IMG/VR virus record: IMGVR_UViG_3300045988_076381
Direction: 5' to 3' (one strand)
DNA: 64,000 bases
Source: a virus
Of this stretch, positions 9,089-18,152 are shown one piece after another. The first letter of the stretch is position 1. The number at the start of each line of letters is the position of its first letter. The notes beneath the pieces are model-generated. The model was given only the letters and a program-made list of their open reading frames with translations. It had not been told where the DNA came from and did not search any database. The translations under genes were made by a program, and so were the position numbers.

Positions 9089-9160
9089 TGCGAGATAGTG
9101 TAAAGGTAACATCCTAGGCTCATAACCTAGAGGATGGTGGTTCGAATCCATCTCTCGCTA
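9089..9160 (+). tRNA. tRNA with CAT anticodon (Met, fMet or Ile2 type)
   Basis: Anticodon arm ctagg-ctCATaa-cctag, T-arm ggtgg-ttcgaat-ccatc, acceptor gcgaga/tctcgc with a mismatched 1:72 pair and a short D stem. Confidence 0.7.
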
Positions 9161-9396
9161 CTATATAATAGACTTCAGATATTTAACGCGGAATATAGAA
9201 GTTTGTTATATTTTATAATTATGCATGCTAATTATAAATCCCAACTCATCCTATGTCTAAGGGGAGTATAAATTAAAAGCAGATCCATCTTTTTGAGTTT
9301 GTATTGGTAATGAGAATAACTCTATAACTTAGAAATGTTATAAAACTTTCTTGAATTTAAGATATAAGGTTTGGGAACTTACATCATTAAATTAAC

Positions 9397-9471
9397 TCCT
9401 CAGTAGCTCAGTTGGCTAGAGCAGCGGACCGTTAATCCGTAGGATCGTAGGTTCAAGTCCTACCTGAGGAG
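9397..9471 (+). tRNA. tRNA-Asn (GTT)
   Basis: Acceptor tcctcag/ctgagga, D-arm gctc-agttggctaga-gagc, anticodon arm gcgga-ccGTTaa-tccgt, T-arm gtagg-ttcaagt-cctac. Confidence 0.9.
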
Positions 9472-9915
9472 CATAATAAAGAGTGTAGTACTAGTGTAGG
9501 ACTCAACGTAACTTATAGGTTTTGTATTGTACATATAAATTTAGTCCTATTGGGTGTCGTATAACCCAACTTAGCTATCGAGTACGGTTAATGATAGCAT
9601 TTTTATCGAACTTTCATAAAAATAATTATATGAGAAACAAGCATTATTTCCTAATAGATTAATCTGATAAACCGTATATTGGAGTTGATACACTTATAAT
9701 TGTCTAATGCAGCTTCGTATTATAAGAAGCAAGTCAATATAAGAAATCAGTTCAGAATAATGTATTGTATTCGACGTGGGATTTAAAATTGTATTTATGT
9801 GATAGATGTATAGAGAGAAGATTAAGACGGAAAATATCTGGAGAAGATCTAATTCCAAATGATCCTGTTAATAATTTATATATACAAATATGTCTAGATT
9901 TATAATTTATTAATT

Positions 9916-10299
9916 ATGAAAAAGAGAGAACTCCCAAAAGAAGTAAAGAGATGGATTAAATTTTTTATAAAAACTAATGCTTATTATAATTTTGATTGGG
10001 CATTTATGTTAGATGTAGAAAAAGAGAAATTAACTCAATGTATTAAATTTTTTACTGATAACGGATGTCATATTAATAATTCCAGAATAATTTCGAAGAT
10101 GCAATTGGCTGTGAGATTATTAGATATTGCTAGGGATGAGGATTTAGATTTTAAAGGTTATGTAAATACTAAGAATATAAATAGATTTATTTCTATAGAT
10201 AAATATGATATTGATATTCTCCCAACTCTTCGAACTGAAAAAGCGTGGTATTTATATAATAAATTAAGATATTATTATATGAAAGAATGGTGGGATTAA
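9916..10299 (+). CDS. hypothetical protein
   Basis: 127-aa ATG ORF embedded in the tRNA region. Confidence 0.5.
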   Translation: MKKRELPKEVKRWIKFFIKTNAYYNFDWAFMLDVEKEKLTQCIKFFTDNGCHINNSRIISKMQLAVRLLDIARDEDLDFKGYVNTKNINRFISIDKYDIDILPTLRTEKAWYLYNKLRYYYMKEWWD

Positions 10300-10308
10300 A
10301 TATATTAT

Positions 10309-10394
10309 GCTAGAATGGTGAAATTGACAGACACTCAGGACTTAAAATTCTGTGGATAGTAATATCCGTGTGGGTTTGAATCCCACTTCTAGTA
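10309..10394 (+). tRNA. tRNA-Leu (TAA), long variable arm
   Basis: Acceptor gctagaa/ttctagt, anticodon arm cagga-ctTAAaa-ttctg, variable stem ggata/tatcc, T-arm gtggg-tttgaat-cccac. Confidence 0.85.
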
Positions 10395-10686
10395 CTATCT
10401 AGATGTAGCAAAATCAGTGAAGTTAAATACAGAAATACGCTTCGTAAGAGAACCTGTAGTCCTTAAAGGATAGTGGTGACACTGAGCCAATCTATTTATA
10501 TAGAAGGTGAGATTCCAAAAACTACAATATTTATAGGGAATCAATCATATAAGAAATTATATGAAATCTCTGATAATCTATAGTGCCTTATAGAAAAACA
10601 GGGGATGAAGTTAAGGCACAAACTTCATTGGGATATATTCCCGGCGAAAGAGATTTTATATATCTCTGGATCTGATTATTTAATAG

Positions 10687-10749
10687 TACTTTGTGCATCG
10701 GATGCACTCCGAGGGATGTGAGGTTAAGGTTCGACTCCTTACAAAGTGC
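10687..10749 (+). other. tRNA-like element lacking a D-arm
   Basis: Acceptor-like tactttg/caaagtg, canonical T-arm taagg-ttcgact-cctta, and an internal hairpin tcgga-tgcac-tccga. It is too short for a cloverleaf. Confidence 0.3.
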
Positions 10750-10779
10750 CTAAGTAGTAATTATTTAAATATTCATATT

Positions 10780-11679
10780 ATGGAAATTAGAAATGAGAAT
10801 AAAGTATTTTTTGGAGAGAGTGGTATTACTTCTACTTCTGCTACATATTTATGTAACATTGCTAGGGAGTTATTAAAAGATATAGAATCATCTTTAAATA
10901 ATATCTCCTTCATTACTGAGGAAGTAACACTCTTTGGATCTGAGAATAAGATTAGAACTAAAGAAGGATATAATTTATCCGAACTATCTGATCTAGATTC
11001 TAAACTTACTAAAGCTGCACAACTAAAAGCATTTATAGCATGGATGAGTGAAGGAATCAAAGCAAAAGATGTGGAAAGTGAGAAACTTAGAGAATATACT
11101 TTATCTGATTTTATAAAGGATTTCCCTGAATATGTAGTACAGAGGTCTAAAGATTCTACACTAGATCCTAATTATGGACTTGGGAAATTAGATGTTTCAG
11201 AACGGGTTAAATATCTCTTCTCAGAAGCTTTAACTTCTTCAATTGGGAAATATATTCATAATAATGGTGCTTTAAGAAAAGCTTATAGCGAGCTTTTAAA
11301 TATTGCACATAACAAAGTGAATATAACCACAGAAGCAAAAGATTCTATAGTTGTAGTCACTAATAAAATCCCAAGTGTGGATACTAAAAAAGTAGAAAAG
11401 ATTATGCTTAAATATCAAGATTTACGAAGAGAGAATGAGAAGGTTCTGAACTCTTTGAAATCTAAGATAAAAAGTTATGATCATGAATATCAAATATATC
11501 TTACTCTTGAAGATAAAGCAGCTTCAGAGTCGTATAATGAAAAGATGGAAGTAGTACGTTCAAAATATAATGAATATGTATTAAATAAGAGATCGGAAAT
11601 TGAGAAACTTAAAATCATCATCCCAGATGGTTTAAGGAGTATTTATAACGATCTTCATACCATCTCAAAAGAAAAATAA
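10780..11679 (+). CDS. hypothetical protein (coiled-coil-rich)
   Basis: The first ATG of track ORF 10693..11679 is at 10780. The upstream part of that ORF is the tRNA-like element. Confidence 0.55.
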   Translation: MEIRNENKVFFGESGITSTSATYLCNIARELLKDIESSLNNISFITEEVTLFGSENKIRTKEGYNLSELSDLDSKLTKAAQLKAFIAWMSEGIKAKDVESEKLREYTLSDFIKDFPEYVVQRSKDSTLDPNYGLGKLDVSERVKYLFSEALTSSIGKYIHNNGALRKAYSELLNIAHNKVNITTEAKDSIVVVTNKIPSVDTKKVEKIMLKYQDLRRENEKVLNSLKSKIKSYDHEYQIYLTLEDKAASESYNEKMEVVRSKYNEYVLNKRSEIEKLKIIIPDGLRSIYNDLHTISKEK

Positions 11680-11957
11680 ATAAAGTAGGTAATACTTAAA
11701 TCCATTTGGATGGAGGTATTTTTATATGTATAGATTATATATATAATAAAATTTAGCTAAATAATATAGACGATAATATAAACTATTAATGCGAAAGAAT
11801 CCTCAAAAGATGTTTTTATTTAAATAAATATACTTATTTAAATATAAACTATACTCCTCTTTCTGTCTTAACCTTAGTCCTTGAGAGGATTCTTGCCCTT
11901 GACATATTCTTTGGCTGTATTTATATAATCTATACATAACTATTTTTAATAAACATT

Positions 11958-12028
11958 TGTCCTATAGTATAATGGTAATACATCTGGTTTTGGTCCAGAG
12001 AATTGAGGTTCAAATCCTCGTAGGACAA
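11958..12028 (+). tRNA. tRNA-Gln (TTG)
   Basis: Acceptor tgtccta/taggaca, D-arm gtat-aatggta-atac, anticodon arm tctgg-ttTTGgt-ccaga, T-arm tgagg-ttcaaat-cctcg. Confidence 0.85.
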
Positions 12029-12070
12029 CAATTCTATAATGGGAATTTTTAGATTGATTATTTCTTATAG

Positions 12071-12107
12071 AAAAGTCTGGACAAATTTTGTTTGGACTTT
12101 TCTTTTC
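12071..12107 (+). terminator. terminator-like hairpin after tRNA-Gln
   Basis: aaaagtc...gactttt stem with inner caaa/tttg pairing, followed by cttttc. Confidence 0.45.
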
Positions 12108-12411
12108 ATTCAATAGATATTGAAAAATTCGAAAACATATGATAAATTCTCCAAATAGTTATTTAACTGAATATTATATAAATAAAGTTTTGTTTATATA
12201 ACTCTTTAAAAGACTGTAAAATATTAAAATTTCAAAACTAAACGGATTCTATGGCTTATAAGTAGAATACCCCTTTCTGTCTATTTTATCAAGCCTAGAT
12301 ACTCTAAAACTATTTTTAAGTCAACTTCCAGATATGGTATGTTTGGACTATTATAGATTTTTGGAGTTCTAGGCTTTTTTATTTTCATTTTTCAAACTCG
12401 GATTTTCAAGT

Positions 12412-12765
12412 ATGATTATCGTGAATGTATTAATTAGATATAATGATCTCGTTTTATTATTTAAAAAGAGGCATAAAAATGTTTGGGATTCTCTTGAAGG
12501 TCCATTATTTAGAGCTGAAACAATGGAATCTTGTGCTAGTAGAATAGTGAAAGATTCTATTAATCATAGGTTTAAAAGAGAGAAGTTTATAAGGGTTGAT
12601 AGAGACAATGATTTAGATGGACAGAGATATTTCTATTCTATTACTTTAGATCATATTCCGGAATTTATACAGCTTCCAGAAGATTTAATTTCTTGTAAAT
12701 GGTTTAGTATGCAGGATTTAAAACATGTTAAAATATCTAAGAATTTAAAAGTATTGTTTAATTAA
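12412..12765 (+). CDS. Nudix-fold-like protein with degenerate Nudix box
   Basis: G-x5-E-x7-R spacing (GPLFRAETMESCASRIVKDSIN), but the REx2EE glutamates are replaced. Confidence 0.35.
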   Translation: MIIVNVLIRYNDLVLLFKKRHKNVWDSLEGPLFRAETMESCASRIVKDSINHRFKREKFIRVDRDNDLDGQRYFYSITLDHIPEFIQLPEDLISCKWFSMQDLKHVKISKNLKVLFN

Positions 12766-12776
12766 ATATTATTATT

Positions 12777-12869
12777 ATGGCAGAATATAAAAATGAAGAT
12801 AGTGCTGGAGTAATTGCTTTTGGAGTTATTTTAATAATCTTAACTCTTTTAGGAATAATAAATCCATGA
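12777..12869 (+). CDS. small membrane peptide (30 aa)
   Basis: ATG ORF MAEYKNEDSAGVIAFGVILIILTLLGIINP. Its stop overlaps the next start (ATGA). Confidence 0.35.
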   Translation: MAEYKNEDSAGVIAFGVILIILTLLGIINP

Positions 12870-13339
12870 GAATAACTTCCAGAGAGAGATTTAAGGATTA
12901 TTTTAAATCTACTAAGACTATATATGGGAGAACTGTTAAAGGTACCTCTAATATATTAGATCTTAGAGAGAATAGGGTATTTAAAACAAATGGTAAATTT
13001 GGGGTTAATTGGATGGGATGGATGATATTAAAGTCCTCCGGATTTGGGTATTGGTCTATCTCATCCATGAAACCTCATCCTATTTATTCTATAAAAGAGG
13101 ATGGGGATAAATATGATTTAAATGTGATAAAAGATACCTTAAACAAGAGAAGTACTAAAGATTATCCCAATTTATCTATAAAAGAATTATTCGATATAAT
13201 CTCCCCAGAATTTAATGGAATGGTTTATATAGGAGATGAGCTTGATAGCGATCAATCATTCTTAAATTCTCTTAGATATAAATTAAATCCCAAATTTGAT
13301 TTAAATAGTGTTAAAAGTAAAAAGATGTTTATATATTAA
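12866..13339 (+). CDS. hypothetical protein
   Basis: 157-aa ATG ORF. Confidence 0.55.
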   Translation: MRITSRERFKDYFKSTKTIYGRTVKGTSNILDLRENRVFKTNGKFGVNWMGWMILKSSGFGYWSISSMKPHPIYSIKEDGDKYDLNVIKDTLNKRSTKDYPNLSIKELFDIISPEFNGMVYIGDELDSDQSFLNSLRYKLNPKFDLNSVKSKKMFIY

Positions 13340-13351
13340 AATACACAAAAT

Positions 13352-13702
13352 ATGAATGAAGGAGTTACTAAAGCTACATATTTAAATAGCATCATTTCAA
13401 GTTTATCTGACAAAATTGATACTAGATTTATTTCGGATGGAAAACATACATTTGGGGAATTATACGATTATATAGCATATTTAGAAGCTTTATATTTAAC
13501 TCAGACCAATGTATATAAAGCAGTTAAACGTACCATAAATAATACTACTTTTATAGTAGTAAAATCTCGTGAATTCCCTCAGGGAGATGTAATTCAGACA
13601 AGTAAACTATATCCGATTAAATATATAGATCTATTTGCAGATATTCCAGAGGATAAGGAAATATCTCTAGTTAATATTCCACTCACTGATTTTTATATAT
13701 AA
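13352..13702 (+). CDS. hypothetical protein
   Basis: 116-aa ATG ORF. Confidence 0.55.
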   Translation: MNEGVTKATYLNSIISSLSDKIDTRFISDGKHTFGELYDYIAYLEALYLTQTNVYKAVKRTINNTTFIVVKSREFPQGDVIQTSKLYPIKYIDLFADIPEDKEISLVNIPLTDFYI

Positions 13703-13704
13703 TT

Positions 13705-13944
13705 ATGAGTACAGAAATACTTTCATATAATAAATTCCAAGAGGTTTTAAATCCTTATAAGGAATTTTGTGTGGAGATGTGTGAGGTTTTAGATACTACA
13801 AGAGTTCTTATATCTGAAATATTATCTATCACTCCTCTTAATTTAGAGCTTCCGGATATAAATAGAATTATTGAAGAGAATCAATTAGATTTAGATTTAA
13901 CAACTGAGAAATTATTACTTGAAATTGATAAAATGTTTGTGTAA
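13705..13944 (+). CDS. hypothetical protein
   Basis: 79-aa ATG ORF, tightly tiled. Confidence 0.5.
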   Translation: MSTEILSYNKFQEVLNPYKEFCVEMCEVLDTTRVLISEILSITPLNLELPDINRIIEENQLDLDLTTEKLLLEIDKMFV

Positions 13945-14180
13945 TGGATATTATATATTTAGAATGTGAATGTAATTGCTCTGAACATTTAATTCGCTTC
14001 ATCTCTTATGAAGGGGAAGAGGAGATTTATATAGAATATTATTTAAATCCGGAATTGAGTTTTTGGAAGAGATTGAAAATTGCTATTAAATATTTATTTA
14101 ATAGAAAATGTAAATTCGGAGCATTTGATGAAGTAATTGTAAATAAGGAAAGATTAAAAGATCTTTTAAATAAATTATAA
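13944..14180 (+). CDS. hypothetical Cys-rich small protein
   Basis: 78-aa ORF starting MDIIYLECECNCSEH; 1-nt overlap with the upstream stop. Confidence 0.5.
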   Translation: MDIIYLECECNCSEHLIRFISYEGEEEIYIEYYLNPELSFWKRLKIAIKYLFNRKCKFGAFDEVIVNKERLKDLLNKL

Positions 14181-14184
14181 TAAA

Positions 14185-14355
14185 ATGTATATTATTGTAG
14201 GTTTTATATTATTATTATTGTCATGGGGTATATACTACCATGCTGAGAATTACTGTGAGTTAGAGCTTGGAGAATTTGAAAAGCTTATAGCCATAATACT
14301 AATGATGTTCAGTCTATTGTTAATTCCTATAGCAATATTTCAGAAATTATTATGA
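14185..14355 (+). CDS. small membrane protein (56 aa)
   Basis: ATG ORF below the track cutoff with two hydrophobic segments. Its stop overlaps the start at 14352. Confidence 0.4.
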   Translation: MYIIVGFILLLLSWGIYYHAENYCELELGEFEKLIAIILMMFSLLLIPIAIFQKLL

Positions 14356-15023
14356 TAAATATAGCAGAAATAATAAAAAGATTTCCAGAAAATTTTAAGT
14401 ATTATAACATACTTACTGGAATTTGTACAGTAGAAATACTTGAGAATGATGATATTGAAATTTTTCCAGGAAATATTATACTAAATAAATATGGACAACA
14501 TTCATCTTTTGAAGCTTCTGAATGTATCTTATTTCCTAAAAAAGACTATCGGGATTGGGAGACTTATTTGATTGATTCTGGATATAGAATAAATATCTTT
14601 TCTAGATTGGCAGGATTAGATATATCCAATAGAATGTTTTATTATGAGGGTATTGGAGATTGCAAGATTGAATTGAATTTCGAAAAACATACTATTGAAG
14701 TATATACATCTACTTCACCTGATTGCGTAGATATATTAAATGAATTTGGATTTGGTTACACATTTTTAAAACTTTCTAAATATTCTTCTTATTTAGACTG
14801 GTTGAATATTCCTAAAGAGTTACCACTTGGAGCTTTAGTAGTTGCATCAAATAATAAAACATTTTGGTCAATAGGAACATATGAAGGAAATCAATGTGTA
14901 ACTACAACTTTTCCAAAAAGGATAAGTACAAGATATCAGTATATAGTTCTATATAATTTATTCAATTTAGAAACAGGAGAATTTCCGGAATCTGAAAATT
15001 ATGGATGTGCTAAAAAGGATTAG
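14352..15023 (+). CDS. hypothetical protein
   Basis: 223-aa ATG ORF. Confidence 0.55.
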   Translation: MINIAEIIKRFPENFKYYNILTGICTVEILENDDIEIFPGNIILNKYGQHSSFEASECILFPKKDYRDWETYLIDSGYRINIFSRLAGLDISNRMFYYEGIGDCKIELNFEKHTIEVYTSTSPDCVDILNEFGFGYTFLKLSKYSSYLDWLNIPKELPLGALVVASNNKTFWSIGTYEGNQCVTTTFPKRISTRYQYIVLYNLFNLETGEFPESENYGCAKKD

Positions 15024-15082
15024 AATGAAGTATATTATATTCATTACCGGATATATTATAGCTATATCTGCATTTATTAAAT

Positions 15083-15523
15083 ATGAAATATATAGTTTAT
15101 ACAGATGGATCTTACAGAGCCTCCAGAAAACAAGGAGGATATGCAGTAGTCTTTTATGATTCCGATATGAATCTTATTAAATACGTATTTAAAGGAATTA
15201 AGAATACAACTAATAATCGTTGTGAGTTAATGGGATTTATTTCAGCATTGAAACATCTCCCATTTAACTCCGAAGTTGTTATATATTCTGATTCTGAATA
15301 TGTATTAAATCCGATTAAAAAAGGATGGATTTATAATTGGATAAAGACTAATTTTAAAGATAAAAAGAATGAAGATTTGTGGAGAGAAGTTATTGATTTA
15401 TTACCTCATTATAAATTATCTCTTGAGTGGGTTAAAGGACATGAGGAAGATGAAGGAAATAATTTCGCGGATATGTTAGCTCAACATTCATCAATAATTG
15501 ATTTAAAAGATAATGAAGACTAA
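15083..15523 (+). CDS. rnhA: ribonuclease HI
   Basis: YTDGS...GGYAVV...NNRCELMGFISAL...IYSDSEYV...W...GH.GNNFADMLA shows the RNase H DEDD layout. Confidence 0.85.
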   Translation: MKYIVYTDGSYRASRKQGGYAVVFYDSDMNLIKYVFKGIKNTTNNRCELMGFISALKHLPFNSEVVIYSDSEYVLNPIKKGWIYNWIKTNFKDKKNEDLWREVIDLLPHYKLSLEWVKGHEEDEGNNFADMLAQHSSIIDLKDNED

Positions 15524-15758
15524 AAAGACATTAAACGATTTCTTGATATGGTTAAAGTGTTCTGGTTTATTAACGGTATATTTTGAAACAATCAATAATA
15601 TATCATCTTCCTATAATATAATAAGAAATTTAGATGCAAATAATCCAGATACTTTATTTGATATTATTCCTAAGGATCTAGGACAAGAATCAGTATTACC
15701 GAAAATAGATTGGGATTATATAAAAGCGTTATATACTCATTGGTTATTAGATATTTAA
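15513..15758 (+). CDS. hypothetical protein
   Basis: 81-aa ATG ORF overlapping the rnhA end. Confidence 0.5.
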   Translation: MKTKKTLNDFLIWLKCSGLLTVYFETINNISSSYNIIRNLDANNPDTLFDIIPKDLGQESVLPKIDWDYIKALYTHWLLDI

Positions 15759-15873
15759 TATATGTTTAACTAGATCTAATCTATATCAAAATAAGTAAAA
15801 GGAGTTTTTATTATAAAAATTATAATAATCTGTGTATAGCAGCTGAAATAGAATATTTACTAATTTATTACAT

Positions 15874-16161
15874 ATGATAATAATAGAAAGCGACTTTAAA
15901 ATAGAAGAAGGTTCATCTCCTGCTAGATATGATCTATATCTAAAGAAGATTATAAATAAAGGAAAAAAAGATACCTCCGGAAAGAGTTTAGAGAGAGAGG
16001 ATTGGATATTAGAAGGATATGATATATCAATGCCTACAATCCTCAAAACTCTTTCTCATCATTTAACAGATAAAAAGTTAAACGAATGTTCCTTAAAAGA
16101 ATATATAAAAGCGTATAAAGACACTATTAATCATTTAAATACTATAATAAATGATTGCTGA
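15874..16161 (+). CDS. hypothetical protein
   Basis: 95-aa ATG ORF; preferred over antisense 15786..16046. Confidence 0.5.
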   Translation: MIIIESDFKIEEGSSPARYDLYLKKIINKGKKDTSGKSLEREDWILEGYDISMPTILKTLSHHLTDKKLNECSLKEYIKAYKDTINHLNTIINDC

Positions 16162-16393
16162 AATAAAAGTAATAATCAATAAGGAAGAGCTTGAACAAGC
16201 GGATAAAATGGGAGTATACAAAGAACCAGTCTATACCACTACTCCATTTGGATTTCATCTAGATGATGTAGAATTATTTTACTTAAATGATAATAAGAAT
16301 AAAGAAATAACACTTAGAATAGATAGAGAGTATTTTGTTATTAAATACGATCTTTCTATTTTAAATAAATTAAAACTTAAATTTAATAATTAA
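16151..16393 (+). CDS. hypothetical protein
   Basis: 80-aa ATG ORF. Confidence 0.5.
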   Translation: MIAEIKVIINKEELEQADKMGVYKEPVYTTTPFGFHLDDVELFYLNDNKNKEITLRIDREYFVIKYDLSILNKLKLKFNN

Positions 16394-16698
16394 TGAAAAG
16401 TTGGTATGTATATATTGTAGATTTTAATTCTACTAAATTAGAGCAGTATGATGTAATGCCTTATTTCTTAGGAAGTGCAAGACAGCAGAAATTTGAATCT
16501 TCTGATTTAGAAGAGTGTAAAAAATTTATAAAGAAAGAAGGTATGTATATGTTTTGGGCTAGATGTGAGTGGGAAATTCTAATTTCTCCTTGGCCTTCTG
16601 TAAAAGATAAATACTTTAAAATAGATGTCTGGGATCAGATAAATATGAATTTAGATGTTTTTGCAACTGTATTTATTGAAAATTTAAATAATAAATAA
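16393..16698 (+). CDS. hypothetical protein
   Basis: 101-aa ATG ORF. Confidence 0.5.
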   Translation: MKSWYVYIVDFNSTKLEQYDVMPYFLGSARQQKFESSDLEECKKFIKKEGMYMFWARCEWEILISPWPSVKDKYFKIDVWDQINMNLDVFATVFIENLNNK

Positions 16699-16699
16699 A

Positions 16700-17050
16700 A
16701 TGAAAGAAATAATACAATATATAGAAGATGTTTTTACTGATAATAATGGGTGTCAACGAAAATTTATTATCTGTGCTGTAACCATCTCAAACTCATCTGG
16801 AAAATTTACTCGTTTCGGGATTTCTGTAGCAAGAAAGGAGGATATGGCTAAATATTCTTTAGAGTTAGGAAAGAGGATAGCATACGGAAAGGCTTGTAAA
16901 CGTCCTTTTATATTTGTTGAATGTAACAGAATAGAAGGAATGAATCAAGAAATTTGCAATACTTATTTAAAAACATTTGCTAAGTATTTTAAAGAAGATC
17001 CCTCATTTGCTCTTAAATGGTTTAAATCTCCACGTAATAATAAAAAATAA
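16700..17050 (+). CDS. hypothetical protein
   Basis: 116-aa ATG ORF. Confidence 0.5.
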   Translation: MKEIIQYIEDVFTDNNGCQRKFIICAVTISNSSGKFTRFGISVARKEDMAKYSLELGKRIAYGKACKRPFIFVECNRIEGMNQEICNTYLKTFAKYFKEDPSFALKWFKSPRNNKK

Positions 17051-17343
17051 TGTCTCGAATTTTTAAGAAGAATAATTCTTATATATATCCTACAGAAGAA
17101 TTTATTTATGAAGTTTTATTATATAAACGAGAAGGTAATATTATCTCAATTCAAGATAGTAAAACTTTAAAATCTAAGACATATATTCCGGAAAAGACAA
17201 TAGCTCCTAAAAAGTCTAATACATTTACGTATATGGATTTAATAGGAGCTCCAGAAAAATGGTTATATGATAATGGATATATTGAAACTGATTCGGAGGA
17301 ATTAGTAAAAAAGAAATTTAGGAAAAATAAAAGTAATATTTAG
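17050..17343 (+). CDS. hypothetical protein
   Basis: 97-aa ATG ORF. Confidence 0.5.
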   Translation: MSRIFKKNNSYIYPTEEFIYEVLLYKREGNIISIQDSKTLKSKTYIPEKTIAPKKSNTFTYMDLIGAPEKWLYDNGYIETDSEELVKKKFRKNKSNI

Positions 17344-17370
17344 TATTAATAATTATAAATAAAATATCTT

Positions 17371-17703
17371 ATGGAAAGTTATTATAATCTCGGAATCGTT
17401 AAAATGACAACTGGAGAATCAAGTAGAGGATTAATTCTTAAAAGAGAACTTTCTTTGGATGAATGTAAGTATATTCTTTCTGAAATATTTGGAATTAAAT
17501 TATACACACGTGAAGATTTTGATGATGAAGAAGAATATCAAGAGCAAATGGATAAGTATAAAGATACTATAAACGCTTGGCTTAAGGGAGACCGTGACGA
17601 TCAATATATATTAGATTCTTATATGAGTTATTTGGTGAATAGCCTAGGGATAATGAATATGGTTTTAATCATTGATTATTTGAAAAAATTATCAGTTATT
17701 TAA
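17371..17703 (+). CDS. hypothetical acidic protein
   Basis: 110-aa ATG ORF with an Asp/Glu-rich centre. Confidence 0.5.
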   Translation: MESYYNLGIVKMTTGESSRGLILKRELSLDECKYILSEIFGIKLYTREDFDDEEEYQEQMDKYKDTINAWLKGDRDDQYILDSYMSYLVNSLGIMNMVLIIDYLKKLSVI

Positions 17704-17873
17704 AAGTTAAAAAGAAAAAGATTCTAAAGGAAATTACTTATGTTTACTACACCTTGTTTTATCGGAAAATACTTCAGAACTTCGCAAGAAGTTAGAGGAA
17801 TTGGATACTATCTCCACCATCTGAAAAGAAACTTTATGAACAATAGTAGAAGAATTAATTTCACATTTTAAAC

Positions 17874-18152
17874 ATGAAAACAAAACTTCTTAAGAAACTT
17901 AGAAGAAAAGTAAAGAATGACATTAAATATAGCTATATAGATGACTTAGTATATTTATGTGATTCAAACCTTGAAATTTATCTTACTTTAAAATATCCAG
18001 AATTTATAAAAACATCTGATAAATATCTATATAAAGTATTAAAAGAACATAGAATAGAGAGAATACTAGAATATATTAAAGAACTTAGAAAGAATAAAAA
18101 TTTTAAGAAGTCTAATATGGAGAATAGAATTAATTATATAAATAACTTATGA
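17874..18152 (+). CDS. hypothetical protein (paralogue of 19380..19673)
   Basis: Shared N-terminus MKxKLLKxLRxK. Confidence 0.5.
   Translation: MKTKLLKKLRRKVKNDIKYSYIDDLVYLCDSNLEIYLTLKYPEFIKTSDKYLYKVLKEHRIERILEYIKELRKNKNFKKSNMENRINYINNL

Noticed and set aside
10583-10749. tmRNA or a tmRNA-like gene, because of the GGTTCGACTCC T-arm and the structured upstream region
   Set aside because: The acceptor 5' strand lies only about 40 nt upstream of the T-arm. No resume codon or tag-peptide ORF and no pseudoknot series are evident, and there is no 3' CCA context.
17739-17870. A 43-codon ORF (MFTTPCFIGKYFRTSQEV...) that might be a frameshifted copy of a small conserved Bacteroides-phage protein
   Set aside because: The resemblance rests only on my vague recollection of a CFIRKNT.ELRKKLEELGY-type motif visible in another frame. 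I cannot verify it without a database search.
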